Origin: Candidatus Woesebacteria bacterium
GTDB lineage: Bacteria; Patescibacteriota; Microgenomatia; UBA10105; UBA927
Direction: 5' to 3'
Length of the DNA: 64,000 nucleotides
NCBI GenBank assembly: GCA_018062625.1
Contig: JAGORV010000002.1
Coordinates: 20,823-84,822, forward strand
Shown: piece after piece, positions 55,411-64,000 of the stretch
Layout of the letters: the number at the start of each line of letters is the position of its first letter
Numbering within the stretch: position 1 is the stretch's first letter
Notes under the pieces: generated by a model
What the model was told of the DNA's origin: nothing
Seen by the model: the letters and a program-made list of their open reading frames with translations, nothing else
The model's database searches: none
Made by a program: the position numbers and the translations under genes

Positions 55411-55638
55411 ATGAAAACAGAACAACATATAAACTACTACACTTCAATTTTGCGTTCGGGAAATGGCGTTAAAGGTATTCTTTTACAAGCTGAAGTGGGA
55501 ACCGTATCTATGAGTGGTAAAAAAATTATTGCTGAATTGCCATTGGTGCATGATCATCGCGGTATTACGCCCAGAAATTGGAGGGCGCAGTTGTATAAAC
55601 TCGCAAACATACCTCAGGTGAAAGCGAAACGTGGCTAA
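55411..55638 (+). CDS. hypothetical small protein (75 aa)
   Basis: Intact ORF with weak RBS AAAGGA. Confidence 0.4.
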   Translation: MKTEQHINYYTSILRSGNGVKGILLQAEVGTVSMSGKKIIAELPLVHDHRGITPRNWRAQLYKLANIPQVKAKRG

Positions 55639-55639
55639 A

Positions 55640-56563
55640 TTACTTTTTCTTTTTGTTTCGATTCCCTTTAGACTCAGCTACTACTACTCCTAAAGCGATA
55701 ATGATTCCTCCTATGATATAAGACATAGTAATTGGCTCATGTAGCCACATAACCGCCAAAATCGCCGCCCATAATGGTTGTAAGTAGGTAAACAATCCCG
55801 ACTCGGATACTTCGATTCGTTTGATCGCTATATTTCGTATGGTGTAGGCGACAGTTCCGGACAATACCGCCATAAACAGCACCCCCATATGTGCCTGCCA
55901 TGGGGCAGACATGATAGTCTGCCATATAGCATCAGGAGATTGTCGCAAAAGGAGTAGCGGTACAAAAATCACAAATCCGATAATAAATTGGATGTGAGCC
56001 AGAAGCGCAGGACTTATGTTTCGCTTTACCGCCTCCTTGGAGAGTAAGGCTCCGCTCATGTCTGTAACAACCGCAATAAACATGATGAGATTTCCCTCAA
56101 GTGGACCAAGAGAGTCTTTTTGCCCGCCAAATAGAAATGGTGAGAATGCAGTGATAAGCGTTCCAAAGATTGTGATTGCGATACCCCAACGTTCATACGA
56201 TCTGATCCGTTCGTGAAAAAATATAGCACCGCCAAGCACAAGAAGGAGTGGTCCTGTAGCGGTAAATAAGCTACCACTCAGTGCTGTGGTTTTGGTGAGT
56301 GCTTCAAAAAATAACCAAAGGCTCAAAGGTGCAGAGAGGATGCTCGTAATTAGTACCAATCCAACATCTTTTGATTTGGTGGGAAATTTTGTTTTGGTAA
56401 TCCATAGAGCGGGGAGTGCGATGAGTGCGCTTATTGCGAATCGATAGGTGAGAAAAATCCAAGGATCAAACCACTGGAGCGTATACTTTACAACGGGACT
56501 GGCAGTTCCCCAGATGATGGAGACGAGAAGCAACAGCAGATAGGCAGTGGTTCTGCGGGACAT
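55640..56563 (-). CDS. EamA/DMT-family transporter (10 TM)
   Basis: Two EamA repeats, about 10 TM helices, Lys-rich C-terminal tail. Confidence 0.8.
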   Translation of the reverse strand: MSRRTTAYLLLLLVSIIWGTASPVVKYTLQWFDPWIFLTYRFAISALIALPALWITKTKFPTKSKDVGLVLITSILSAPLSLWLFFEALTKTTALSGSLFTATGPLLLVLGGAIFFHERIRSYERWGIAITIFGTLITAFSPFLFGGQKDSLGPLEGNLIMFIAVVTDMSGALLSKEAVKRNISPALLAHIQFIIGFVIFVPLLLLRQSPDAIWQTIMSAPWQAHMGVLFMAVLSGTVAYTIRNIAIKRIEVSESGLFTYLQPLWAAILAVMWLHEPITMSYIIGGIIIALGVVVAESKGNRNKKKK

Positions 56564-56585
56564 GTATTAAGTATACGGTATATTC

Positions 56586-57800
56586 TCACGAAGCGGAACG
56601 GAGCTTGTTTATGACAGCATCCAACGTTAGGGTTTCTTGTTCTTTAGTTTTCATGGTTTTGAGCTTAACAACATTGTTGGCCTTTTCTTCTGGTCCACAA
56701 ATGATGACATATGACGTACCTTTTCGATTTGCATATTTTAATTGCTTCTCGAGCTTGTCAACAGATGGGTATAGATCAGCATTTATACCTGCAGTTCGTA
56801 AATCATACGCAAGTTTTTGTGAGTCTTTTTGTGATGCACGATCAAAAACCGTAATAAGTAATGAATTTGTCTCCGATTGTGTGGGCACAAGCCCCATGAT
56901 TTCAGCAGCTTCTAGTGTTCGATCAAATCCGACAGCAAATCCAGTGCCGCCAATATCTTTGCCAGATAATTTTGCAAGTAAGCCGTCATATCGTTCTCCG
57001 CCTAGGACAGACATACCATATCCCGCATCTGGAATTTCTACTTCCCATATGGGTCCCATTGAATAAGAAAAAGACCGAGCAATGGATGGGTCGAAGGTGT
57101 ACCAACTCTCAGGAAATCCGTAATCTTTAAGATATTGCAGGATGTACGCAATTTCCTCATTAGGTTTAAGATTTTTTACATAGGAGAGATATTCTTTTGC
57201 TTGGTTACTAGCTATTCCTTTGCGTTCCATTTCTGCGATGACTCCGTCTTCGCCGATTTTTTTAATTTTGTCGATCGCAACAATTGCTTCGTAGGGCATG
57301 TCGGCAAACAATGCGCGTGAATTTATGCGTACGAGTGGCTGTTTAAATCCAAGTTGACGATATATATCGAGCGATAACGCGATAACTTCGGCATCAGCAT
57401 CAGGTGTTTTGATACCAAAAATATCCGCGTCTACCTGAACAAATTCCCGATACCGACCTTTTTGAGGTTTCTCTGCACGAAATGCGGATTGGATTTGGTA
57501 GCGTTTGAAGGGAAACGTTAGGGTATTTTGGTACTGTGCGATCACTCTGCACGTCGGTACTGTTTGATCATAGCGAAGTGCCACATCGCGATCTCCTTGA
57601 TCTTTAAATTTGAAAAATAGCTTTTCATCTTCACCAACTGCGCCTGTGAAGATTTCTAGTGGTTCAAGGGTAGGAGTTTCCAATGGGGCATAGCCCCACG
57701 ATTCACATATAGCGGAGAGTTTATCTCGGAGCCATTTGCGCTTGGCCGCTTCTGCTGGAAGAAAATCTCGAAATCCTTTGAGTGGTTGAATGATGTTCAT
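56586..57800 (-). CDS. hisS: histidyl-tRNA synthetase
   Basis: Class IIa motifs and HisRS N-terminus MNIIQPLKGFRDFLPAE; C-terminal anticodon-binding domain. Confidence 0.9.
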   Translation of the reverse strand: MNIIQPLKGFRDFLPAEAAKRKWLRDKLSAICESWGYAPLETPTLEPLEIFTGAVGEDEKLFFKFKDQGDRDVALRYDQTVPTCRVIAQYQNTLTFPFKRYQIQSAFRAEKPQKGRYREFVQVDADIFGIKTPDADAEVIALSLDIYRQLGFKQPLVRINSRALFADMPYEAIVAIDKIKKIGEDGVIAEMERKGIASNQAKEYLSYVKNLKPNEEIAYILQYLKDYGFPESWYTFDPSIARSFSYSMGPIWEVEIPDAGYGMSVLGGERYDGLLAKLSGKDIGGTGFAVGFDRTLEAAEIMGLVPTQSETNSLLITVFDRASQKDSQKLAYDLRTAGINADLYPSVDKLEKQLKYANRKGTSYVIICGPEEKANNVVKLKTMKTKEQETLTLDAVINKLRSAS

Positions 57801-58834
57801 AGTTCCTCCTTAGATCCTAACAATTTTGCCGTGGGTAAACAAGCGAGAACTTCGTCGAGACGAGCCAAAAATGCACGATTTGTTTTGCGATCTTTGATCG
57901 ATATTCGAAATCCTTGTTGTGGATTATTGGGGAAAAATGCTCCATCGATAACACCCACACCGAGTTTTTGTAATTTGTTGATAATCGTAGTGTTTTGTAT
58001 AGACGAAACGAACAAATTATTGGTGATCGACGCAGATACGCGAAATCCACGCGTCTCCAGTGCATTCGTCAAAAACTTTCTTTCTTTTGCGACAAACAGA
58101 AGTGTTCGATTGAGAAAATCTCTATCAGAAAGCGCGGCTTCTGCTGCCACAATAGCGGGTGTTGTAACTGGGAATGGTTGCTGAAATTGCGCAAGTTTTG
58201 CAGATACACGAGGATTACTTATAGCAAAACCTATGCGTAAACCCGCTATCCCTAGTGCTTTGGAAAACGTACGCAATACAATGAGATTGTTTACTTTTTT
58301 TAATTCAGAAATCATTGTTTCTTTGCGAAATTCACCATTTGCTTCATCGATGACGACAAATCGTGGTTTTATCCGGTTTATCACCGCAACAAGTTCTGCG
58401 TTTGTGCGATTTATTCCCCCAGGAGTCGTGGGGTTTGCTATAAACAGAACCGTAGGTTTAGTGACTACACCCGTCTTCGGCGGGATAGATGTGTATGTGA
58501 CCGTGGCGTTTTGTAGCAGCGGCTCACTGGTGAAAAGAAAGAATGACCCTTCCTCCACAAGCACGGTGCTATTGAGTCGGACAAACGTCTGACAAATAAG
58601 TTTTATGAGTTGTTCCGATCCACTTCCAAGCACGATCGATGTAGCAGGTAATCGAAAAAATGTAGCCAACGCAGCAAGTAATGGCTGCTGATTTGGATAG
58701 GTACTGATATCTTTGAGTGTAAGCGCACGAAGTGCTTCCTGTGCACGAGGGGAGCACCCAAGCGGATTAATGCTCAAGGTCATGTCGATAGCCTGTTTTG
58801 TAACTGTTGTTGCGTATGCTTTTGGTATATTCAT
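57797..58834 (-). CDS. class II PLP-dependent aminotransferase, histidinol-phosphate aminotransferase family (HisC/CobD-like)
   Basis: PLP-lysine motif RTFSKALGIAGLRIGF and overall HisC-like pattern. Start taken at MNIPKAY (RBS GGAG 7 nt upstream); the ORF-track ATG at 58846 abuts the terminator T-run. Confidence 0.8.
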   Translation of the reverse strand: MNIPKAYATTVTKQAIDMTLSINPLGCSPRAQEALRALTLKDISTYPNQQPLLAALATFFRLPATSIVLGSGSEQLIKLICQTFVRLNSTVLVEEGSFFLFTSEPLLQNATVTYTSIPPKTGVVTKPTVLFIANPTTPGGINRTNAELVAVINRIKPRFVVIDEANGEFRKETMISELKKVNNLIVLRTFSKALGIAGLRIGFAISNPRVSAKLAQFQQPFPVTTPAIVAAEAALSDRDFLNRTLLFVAKERKFLTNALETRGFRVSASITNNLFVSSIQNTTIINKLQKLGVGVIDGAFFPNNPQQGFRISIKDRKTNRAFLARLDEVLACLPTAKLLGSKEEL

Positions 58835-58846
58835 AGTTTTCTCCAT

Positions 58847-58871
58847 AAAAAAACCCGCTTAGCGTAGCGGG
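58847..58871 (-). terminator. intrinsic terminator on the minus strand (stem CCCGCT/AGCGGG, loop TAGCGT, U7)
   Basis: On the minus strand the hairpin is followed by TTTTTTT (A-run 58847-58853 on plus); 127 nt downstream of the stop of the 58998-59423 gene. Confidence 0.6.
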
Positions 58872-58997
58872 TTATATATCATGCAAATATGGTTTTTTTA
58901 TCGCATGGAAACCCGCCCTGCTTGTGGGTGAGTATGATAGCCATGTGACCATGCATTTGTCATATGTCCTGTAGTATAAAATGAGCCGTGTACAATG

Positions 58998-59423
58998 TCA
59001 ACTTCTGGAAAGAATTATTGAACCCGCAAGCACGGTGAGTATGCCAAATATTTGAGTACTATTGAGTGTTTCACCGAATGCAAGTACTCCAATTAGCGCA
59101 CCGCCAAGACCTATACCACCGACCACAAGTGGCATAACAATCGAGATCGGCGCCTGTTTTCCGATAGCGGTCAGGAGCAGTATATTCGCCATAGCCCAAA
59201 GCAATCCAGAGACGACGGCTAGCGTTATACCACTACTAGATTTGTGCATTGGAAGCGTGGATCGTGTAAGGATGGCTATAGCTACAGCGCCAACCAGTGC
59301 GCCCACTGTAAACATGATGCTACCAAATCCGCTACCGAGTTTCGCCTGATAAATTTTTGTAAATGTGTTTGAGAGCGAAAAGAAGAGTGTAGATGCCAGT
59401 GCAAACGGAATCCAGTTATTCAT
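58998..59423 (-). CDS. small 4-TM DMT/EamA-like membrane protein
   Basis: 141 aa, four TM helices, Gly-rich helices; similar in size and pattern to the 22363-22785 gene. 4-nt overlap with the M24 peptidase gene. Confidence 0.65.
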   Translation of the reverse strand: MNNWIPFALASTLFFSLSNTFTKIYQAKLGSGFGSIMFTVGALVGAVAIAILTRSTLPMHKSSSGITLAVVSGLLWAMANILLLTAIGKQAPISIVMPLVVGGIGLGGALIGVLAFGETLNSTQIFGILTVLAGSIILSRS

Positions 59424-60514
59424 GGAAGTATTATAACGTCTTTAGTGGATTTGGATAACACATCAATTCCACTTTCTTTGATGTACACAAGATCTTCGAT
59501 GCGAATCCCAAATTCATGAGGTTTATATGTTGCAGGCTCTATGGTTATGGCCATACGGGGTAGGAGGGTTGCCTCTTGATAGATAGATAACCTTGGTGCT
59601 TCATGAATATCTAGTCCCACCGCATGACCTAAACTGTGGGGATAATCTGGGAGTTTTGCGTTGGTGACGATGTCACGAGCAAGGCTGTCTATTGCGGATC
59701 CATTTCTTTCTCCTTTTGCAAGCAATCCAATGGCACGTTCATTTGCAGCAAGTACCGCACGGTACGCATCTAGCCATTCTTTTTTGGGTGTACCCATAAA
59801 AAGCATACGGGTCATATCCGCGCAATAACCGTTCACCCGTGCCCCAAAGTCCAATAAGATAATATCTGTCTCCGATAGCGTAGCGCCCGTGCCATTTGGT
59901 ACATAATGAGGGAGGGCTGTGTTTGGTCCAAATGCGACGATAGGAGCAAACGCAAGTTGTGCACCAGCGTGTTTGAAAAAGCTTTCTATTTCCCACGCTA
60001 TTTCAGTCTCGGTGACTCCTTTTTTAATTTTGGTTTGTATAAAGGTAAAGCATGCATCGGTTAGGTTGGCAGCAGCAGTGATCGATGCGACTTCAGAAGA
60101 AAACTTTTTGGTTCGAAGTATTTCTATCACATCTTTGGATTGCGAGAAGGGGATTGGAGAGAGAATATTTTTGAACGCTGTGTACTCTGACACGGACATA
60201 TTTTCTGATTCATACTGTAGAGATTCAATTTCCTCTTTTGTGCATATGCTCGCTAATTGTTTTGTTATGCGATTATTTGGACTAAGGATGCAAACAGTAA
60301 GAGTCGTCACGTTGGAAAAATGTTTTTGTAAGAGAGAGTCTTTTAGTACTATAGCTTTTGCTTCTTGTTCATAGAGACCTGAGACAAATATATATGCGTT
60401 CGACTGGAGTATCAAAAGATATGCGTCTCGATTTTCTACGCCAAAAAATCCCGTCAGGTATCTGATGTTTGTAGGATTGGTAATAAAGATATTTAGTGTA
60501 TCCATAGGGAGCAT
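59420..60514 (-). CDS. M24-family metallopeptidase (Xaa-Pro aminopeptidase/dipeptidase)
   Basis: Pita-bread-fold metal ligands (DFGARVNGYCADMTR, HSLGHAVGLDIHE, EPA...E) plus the creatinase-type N-domain. Confidence 0.85.
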   Translation of the reverse strand: MLPMDTLNIFITNPTNIRYLTGFFGVENRDAYLLILQSNAYIFVSGLYEQEAKAIVLKDSLLQKHFSNVTTLTVCILSPNNRITKQLASICTKEEIESLQYESENMSVSEYTAFKNILSPIPFSQSKDVIEILRTKKFSSEVASITAAANLTDACFTFIQTKIKKGVTETEIAWEIESFFKHAGAQLAFAPIVAFGPNTALPHYVPNGTGATLSETDIILLDFGARVNGYCADMTRMLFMGTPKKEWLDAYRAVLAANERAIGLLAKGERNGSAIDSLARDIVTNAKLPDYPHSLGHAVGLDIHEAPRLSIYQEATLLPRMAITIEPATYKPHEFGIRIEDLVYIKESGIDVLSKSTKDVIILP

Positions 60515-60544
60515 GATAGCATGATCTGATCGTTGTAGGGGAAT

Positions 60545-61348
60545 TTACGGAGTTACAGTCGGAGTCGCGATAGGCTTAGATGTGACTTTGGGTGTTGCTT
60601 TGAGCGTCGCAGAAACTGACGCAACAGGGGTTGGTGCAATTGTTGCTGTTGGTGCTGCTCCACTAAGATTTCCGATGTCTAAGATGCGCAATGCACTGAT
60701 TTGATTTTCTTTTTTGGGAACCAAAGATCCTACGACGTGTACTGTATCACCGACGAGAATTTTAGAAAATCCGCCTTTGGCAATGCCATCTGCCTGACTC
60801 CATGTGTTTGTTTTTGTAGCCTTTTCTATATCTATCGCCATGCTTCTTCCTTCGGTAGTTTGGATGACAATGGTAAATTCCTTGCTATCAACTTCGGTGA
60901 CGGTACCTGAGAGATGTTCATAAATTTTTGTACTTTCTATGAATATCGCTTGAGCCTTTAGTAAATCTAGGGTCGCATCATAGCTTCCAAACACTGTTAT
61001 CGGATCGTCTTTGGAAATATCATCGATAGAAAGCGTTGTTCGTTTGCCACTGATGAGTTGGGTGACGGTGATATCATCTGCAAGTTCTATTTTTACATCT
61101 TTTGTTTTTGTTTCGATCGTTGCAGAACTTACCGATACTGATTTGACTGTCCCATGCATAGCTCGTTTCACTATGTCTCGAAGTTCTGCAACTTTTGTCG
61201 CTAATCGATCTTTTAATGCCTCTAGATCTTGTGTTTCTTTTGGAGTCGCTGTCGGTGTGGCGATGGTTGCTGCATAGACTGGACGCTGACCAAAGACTGC
61301 ACTGACCAAGACAAGTGATAAAAATGATAGTAAAAATATTTTATTCAT
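60545..61348 (-). CDS. hypothetical secreted/surface protein
   Basis: N-terminal signal/TM; T/P/A-rich low-complexity segments at both ends (ATIATPTATP...PKVTSKPIATPTVTP). Confidence 0.5.
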   Translation of the reverse strand: MNKIFLLSFLSLVLVSAVFGQRPVYAATIATPTATPKETQDLEALKDRLATKVAELRDIVKRAMHGTVKSVSVSSATIETKTKDVKIELADDITVTQLISGKRTTLSIDDISKDDPITVFGSYDATLDLLKAQAIFIESTKIYEHLSGTVTEVDSKEFTIVIQTTEGRSMAIDIEKATKTNTWSQADGIAKGGFSKILVGDTVHVVGSLVPKKENQISALRILDIGNLSGAAPTATIAPTPVASVSATLKATPKVTSKPIATPTVTP

Positions 61349-61350
61349 AA

Positions 61351-61803
61351 TTAAAATTTTTCTGGTGTGTAAAAGACAGTGACATTTTGTTTTTGTACTT
61401 TGGTATTCCCATAGGATGTTGCGATAATTTCATTTTTTCCTTCTCCAAGCGTTATGGATCCTGCATACGCACCTTGGGCATTGGCAACTACTACCGCTTC
61501 ATCACTTTCACCTTCTATAACAACCGTATCATTCGGCGAAGTGCGCCCTGATACCAATACCTCTGGTTTTGCTTCTATGGAATCCGCAAGTGGGCTTTCG
61601 ATGACAAGATCATTACTATTAGGTCTGGGTGTTGGATTGGGCTTTTTGGTAGTGTTTGATGGTTTTCCTATGAATTGCGAAAGTGAAGGTAAACGAATTT
61701 TAGGGAAATTTTTAAAGATAGTAGGGCCGGCAAATACGAGACCGGTTATGACCAATCCGATACCGAATCCGATAATAGTAGCAAGTAGTGCGTCTTTATT
61801 CAT
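61351..61803 (-). CDS. hypothetical membrane-anchored extracellular protein
   Basis: N-terminal TM helix, Pro/Thr-rich linker, C-terminal beta-rich ~80-aa domain; 2-nt gap to the downstream gene. Confidence 0.5.
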   Translation of the reverse strand: MNKDALLATIIGFGIGLVITGLVFAGPTIFKNFPKIRLPSLSQFIGKPSNTTKKPNPTPRPNSNDLVIESPLADSIEAKPEVLVSGRTSPNDTVVIEGESDEAVVVANAQGAYAGSITLGEGKNEIIATSYGNTKVQKQNVTVFYTPEKF

Positions 61804-61929
61804 ACGATGTATCTATATATGATACGATGATTGGCAGATAAAAATAAATTCGAAGGCAAGTATTTCCCATGAGCTTATAGCAAAGGGATGTGTTGCTTAG
61901 GATACTTAAATCTGTTATAAATTGCAACT

Positions 61930-62577
61930 ATGGAGATAACTGCATTAGGACTTTCATCATTTAAATTACGTGGCAAGCAGGCTACCGTTGTGACTGATCC
62001 CTACGATTCAAAAGCGGTGGGACTCAAGTTTCCCAAAAATGTCGAAGCAGATGTAATTACTGTTTCTCATGATCATCCAGATCACAATGAAGTGACCGCA
62101 GTTGGAGGATCTCCATTTATCGTGTCTGGTCCGGGTGAATACGAGATCAAAGGAGTGATGGTGATAGGCGTTGCGACATTTCACGATGACACACAAGGAG
62201 CAGATCGAGGCAAAAATACCATATACCGCATAGAAATAGACGGGGTAAAAGTAGGACATCTCGGTGACTTGGGACATGTGCTGAGCTCTGCTCAGGTGGA
62301 CAGTTTGAACGGTGTTGATGTGTTGTTTGTTCCAGTTGGTGGCGTGTACAGTTTAGATCCTGTGAAAGCTGCTCAGGTCATCTCGGACCTTGACCCGCAC
62401 ATCGTAATTCCGATGCATTATAACGTGGAGGGATTAGAAGAGAAAACATATGGTGCACTTTCTCCTGTGTCAGCATTTTTGAAGCAAATGAACAAAGAAA
62501 GTGTTGTACCGGTGAGCAAATTGAGTGTTTCGAAAGATAAATTTGCTCCTGAGATGCAAGTAGTTGTATTAGAGTAA
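61930..62577 (+). CDS. metallo-beta-lactamase-fold hydrolase, UPF0173 family
   Basis: MEITALGLSSFKLRG...VITVSHDHPDHNE (HxHxDH) and downstream His/Asp ligands; 215 aa. Confidence 0.8.
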   Translation: MEITALGLSSFKLRGKQATVVTDPYDSKAVGLKFPKNVEADVITVSHDHPDHNEVTAVGGSPFIVSGPGEYEIKGVMVIGVATFHDDTQGADRGKNTIYRIEIDGVKVGHLGDLGHVLSSAQVDSLNGVDVLFVPVGGVYSLDPVKAAQVISDLDPHIVIPMHYNVEGLEEKTYGALSPVSAFLKQMNKESVVPVSKLSVSKDKFAPEMQVVVLE

Positions 62578-62617
62578 CGGTAATCCGCGTAGGAAAATCA
62601 CTGCCAAGCAAATTTTT

Positions 62618-63976
62618 ATGGTCAACCCCAAAGTTCCACCACATGATTTGACCGCCGAACAATCAGTATTAGGCGCTGTGCTTATCGATAAAGATGCAAT
62701 GACTGATGTTGCTGAATTTTTGCGTCCTCATCACTTTTATAAGGATGCCCATTCGCATATATATCAGGCAATGATGGACTTGTTTGAAGTTCATGAACCG
62801 ATTGATGTAGTTACTATAACCGCTCATTTGAAAAAGTCAGGGACGCTTAAAGACGTTGGCGGCGCATCCTATATATCAGATTTGCTCAACGTTGTGCCAA
62901 CGAGCGCTCACGCGGAACAATATGGGCGTATTATTATGGAGAATGCGACCAAGCGTCGATTGGTCGAGTCTGCCGCCAAAATTACGGAAATGGCATTTCG
63001 TGAAGAAGGTACCGCACAGCAAATTGTTGATGAAGCAGAGCAAGAAATATTTGCCATAGCACAGCAGACCACGCGGAGAGATTTCATTGCAATCAAAGAC
63101 GCGCTTGCCGCATCGTTTGATCGTTTGGATGAATTACATAAACGTGCTGGGGGACTTCGAGGTGTTCCGACAGGATTTGCAGAACTCGATGGAAAGCTTG
63201 CGGGTATGCAGGATTCTAACCTTATTATTCTCGCTGCACGTCCTGGAACGGGAAAAACCGCCATGATTCTAAACATAGCCCAGTACGTCACGGTGAAAGA
63301 GAAAATGCCAGTCGGAATATTTTCCCTAGAAATGAGCAAGGAAGAATTGGTAGATCGTATGCTTGTCTCGCAGGCGGACATAGACGCATGGCGACTCAAA
63401 ACGGGAAGGTTGACCGACGATGATTTTACAAGACTTTCAGATGCGATGGGAGAGTTAGCTGAAGCACCCCTTTATATAGACGATACCCCAGGTATGAACA
63501 TCGTCGAAATGCGCACGAAAGCTCGACGTTTGCAGGTAGAACACGGAGTAAAATTTATCATCATCGACTATTTACAGCTCGCTGATTCAGGAAGAAAATT
63601 TGATAATCGTGTGCAAGAGGTCTCAGTAATTTCTCAGAATATGAAAAATTTAGCGCGAGAACTTCGTATTCCCGTGCTTGCCTGTTCTCAGCTCTCACGA
63701 GCTGTTGAGACGCGAGGAAATCGGGTGCCAGAACTTTCTGATCTTCGTGAATCAGGATCTATAGAACAAGATGCAGACGTCGTTATGTTTTTGTACCGAG
63801 AAGAAGGGGATCAGAATTTGTGGGGGGAGCAAATTCCCACAAAACTTCGTATCGCCAAACATCGTAACGGGCCACTGGCCGAGATAGACCTGATTTTCCG
63901 CGGTGATCGTATTCGATTTTATTCAGTGGAAAAGAAACATAGTGAATCAGCTTTGCCTACATCGGTTTCTGTATAA
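62618..63976 (+). CDS. dnaB: replicative DNA helicase DnaB
   Basis: N-terminal helical domain (LTAEQSVLGAVLIDKDAM), RecA-like domain with Walker A ARPGTGKTA, Walker B IIIDYLQL, arginine finger; 452 aa, no intein. Confidence 0.92.
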   Translation: MVNPKVPPHDLTAEQSVLGAVLIDKDAMTDVAEFLRPHHFYKDAHSHIYQAMMDLFEVHEPIDVVTITAHLKKSGTLKDVGGASYISDLLNVVPTSAHAEQYGRIIMENATKRRLVESAAKITEMAFREEGTAQQIVDEAEQEIFAIAQQTTRRDFIAIKDALAASFDRLDELHKRAGGLRGVPTGFAELDGKLAGMQDSNLIILAARPGTGKTAMILNIAQYVTVKEKMPVGIFSLEMSKEELVDRMLVSQADIDAWRLKTGRLTDDDFTRLSDAMGELAEAPLYIDDTPGMNIVEMRTKARRLQVEHGVKFIIIDYLQLADSGRKFDNRVQEVSVISQNMKNLARELRIPVLACSQLSRAVETRGNRVPELSDLRESGSIEQDADVVMFLYREEGDQNLWGEQIPTKLRIAKHRNGPLAEIDLIFRGDRIRFYSVEKKHSESALPTSVSV

Positions 63977-64000
63977 TCGTATGATTGATGACGTTGAAGC

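Noticed and set aside
58905-59046. Imperfect direct repeat GAA(A)CCCGC...GGTGAGTATG at about 58910-58937 and 59020-59046
   Set aside because: Only about 10 contiguous identical bases plus a short flanking match. One copy is inside a coding sequence. This could be chance or a degenerate duplication of the gene's 3' end, so it is not reported as a repeat element.

Overview
The window is a compact, moderately AT-rich bacterial segment with about 75 tightly packed genes on both strands. Nearly all intergenic gaps are under 150 nt. I see no rRNA, tRNA, CRISPR array or transposase.

The core is housekeeping. Translation genes: frr (5' cut by the window edge), proS, cysS, hisS, prfA, rpsU, rpsF-ssb-rpsR, rpmE, ychF and an ABC-F ATPase. 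Replication and repair genes: dnaX-ybaB, recR and dnaB. Other recognisable genes include rseP, ybeY, ahcY, prs, msrB, dus, ctp, an M24 peptidase and an MBL-fold hydrolase.

The gene order (rpsU-yqeY, rpmE-prfA, rpsF-ssb-rpsR, dnaX-ybaB...recR), a T-box-like leader before proS, and families such as DUF59, DUF2079 and UPF0173 suggest a monoderm-type, reduced-genome lineage. A Patescibacteria/CPR-like or Firmicutes-like organism is plausible. This is inference only.

The regions I consider non-routine are:
- a promoter, T-box-like leader and terminator upstream of prolyl-tRNA synthetase;
- a class I release factor (RF1-type PxT and GGQ motifs) that lacks the whole N-terminal domain 1, next to rpmE;
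- a surface-glycan cluster: GT4, a membrane-anchored 6-blade Kelch propeller, a GtrB/DPM1-like GT2, a methyltransferase and a DUF2079-like polytopic membrane protein, with small 4-TM DMT proteins elsewhere as candidate flippases;
- a stand-alone protein of three tandem TopA/YrdD-type zinc ribbons;
- a variable island of small alternating-strand ORFs (40.6-43.3 kb) holding an orphan STAS protein and a GC-rich, 5'-truncated isochorismatase-family remnant;
- a degenerate-ATPase plus OmpR-type winged-helix regulator beside unknown genes (52.6-55.6 kb);
- an uncharacterised three-gene interval between proS and the HIT gene (3.3-5.7 kb) with a DHH-domain protein and an HExxHxxQQ-motif protein.

I cannot name one definitive novel system from sequence alone. 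The candidates are ranked by interest below.
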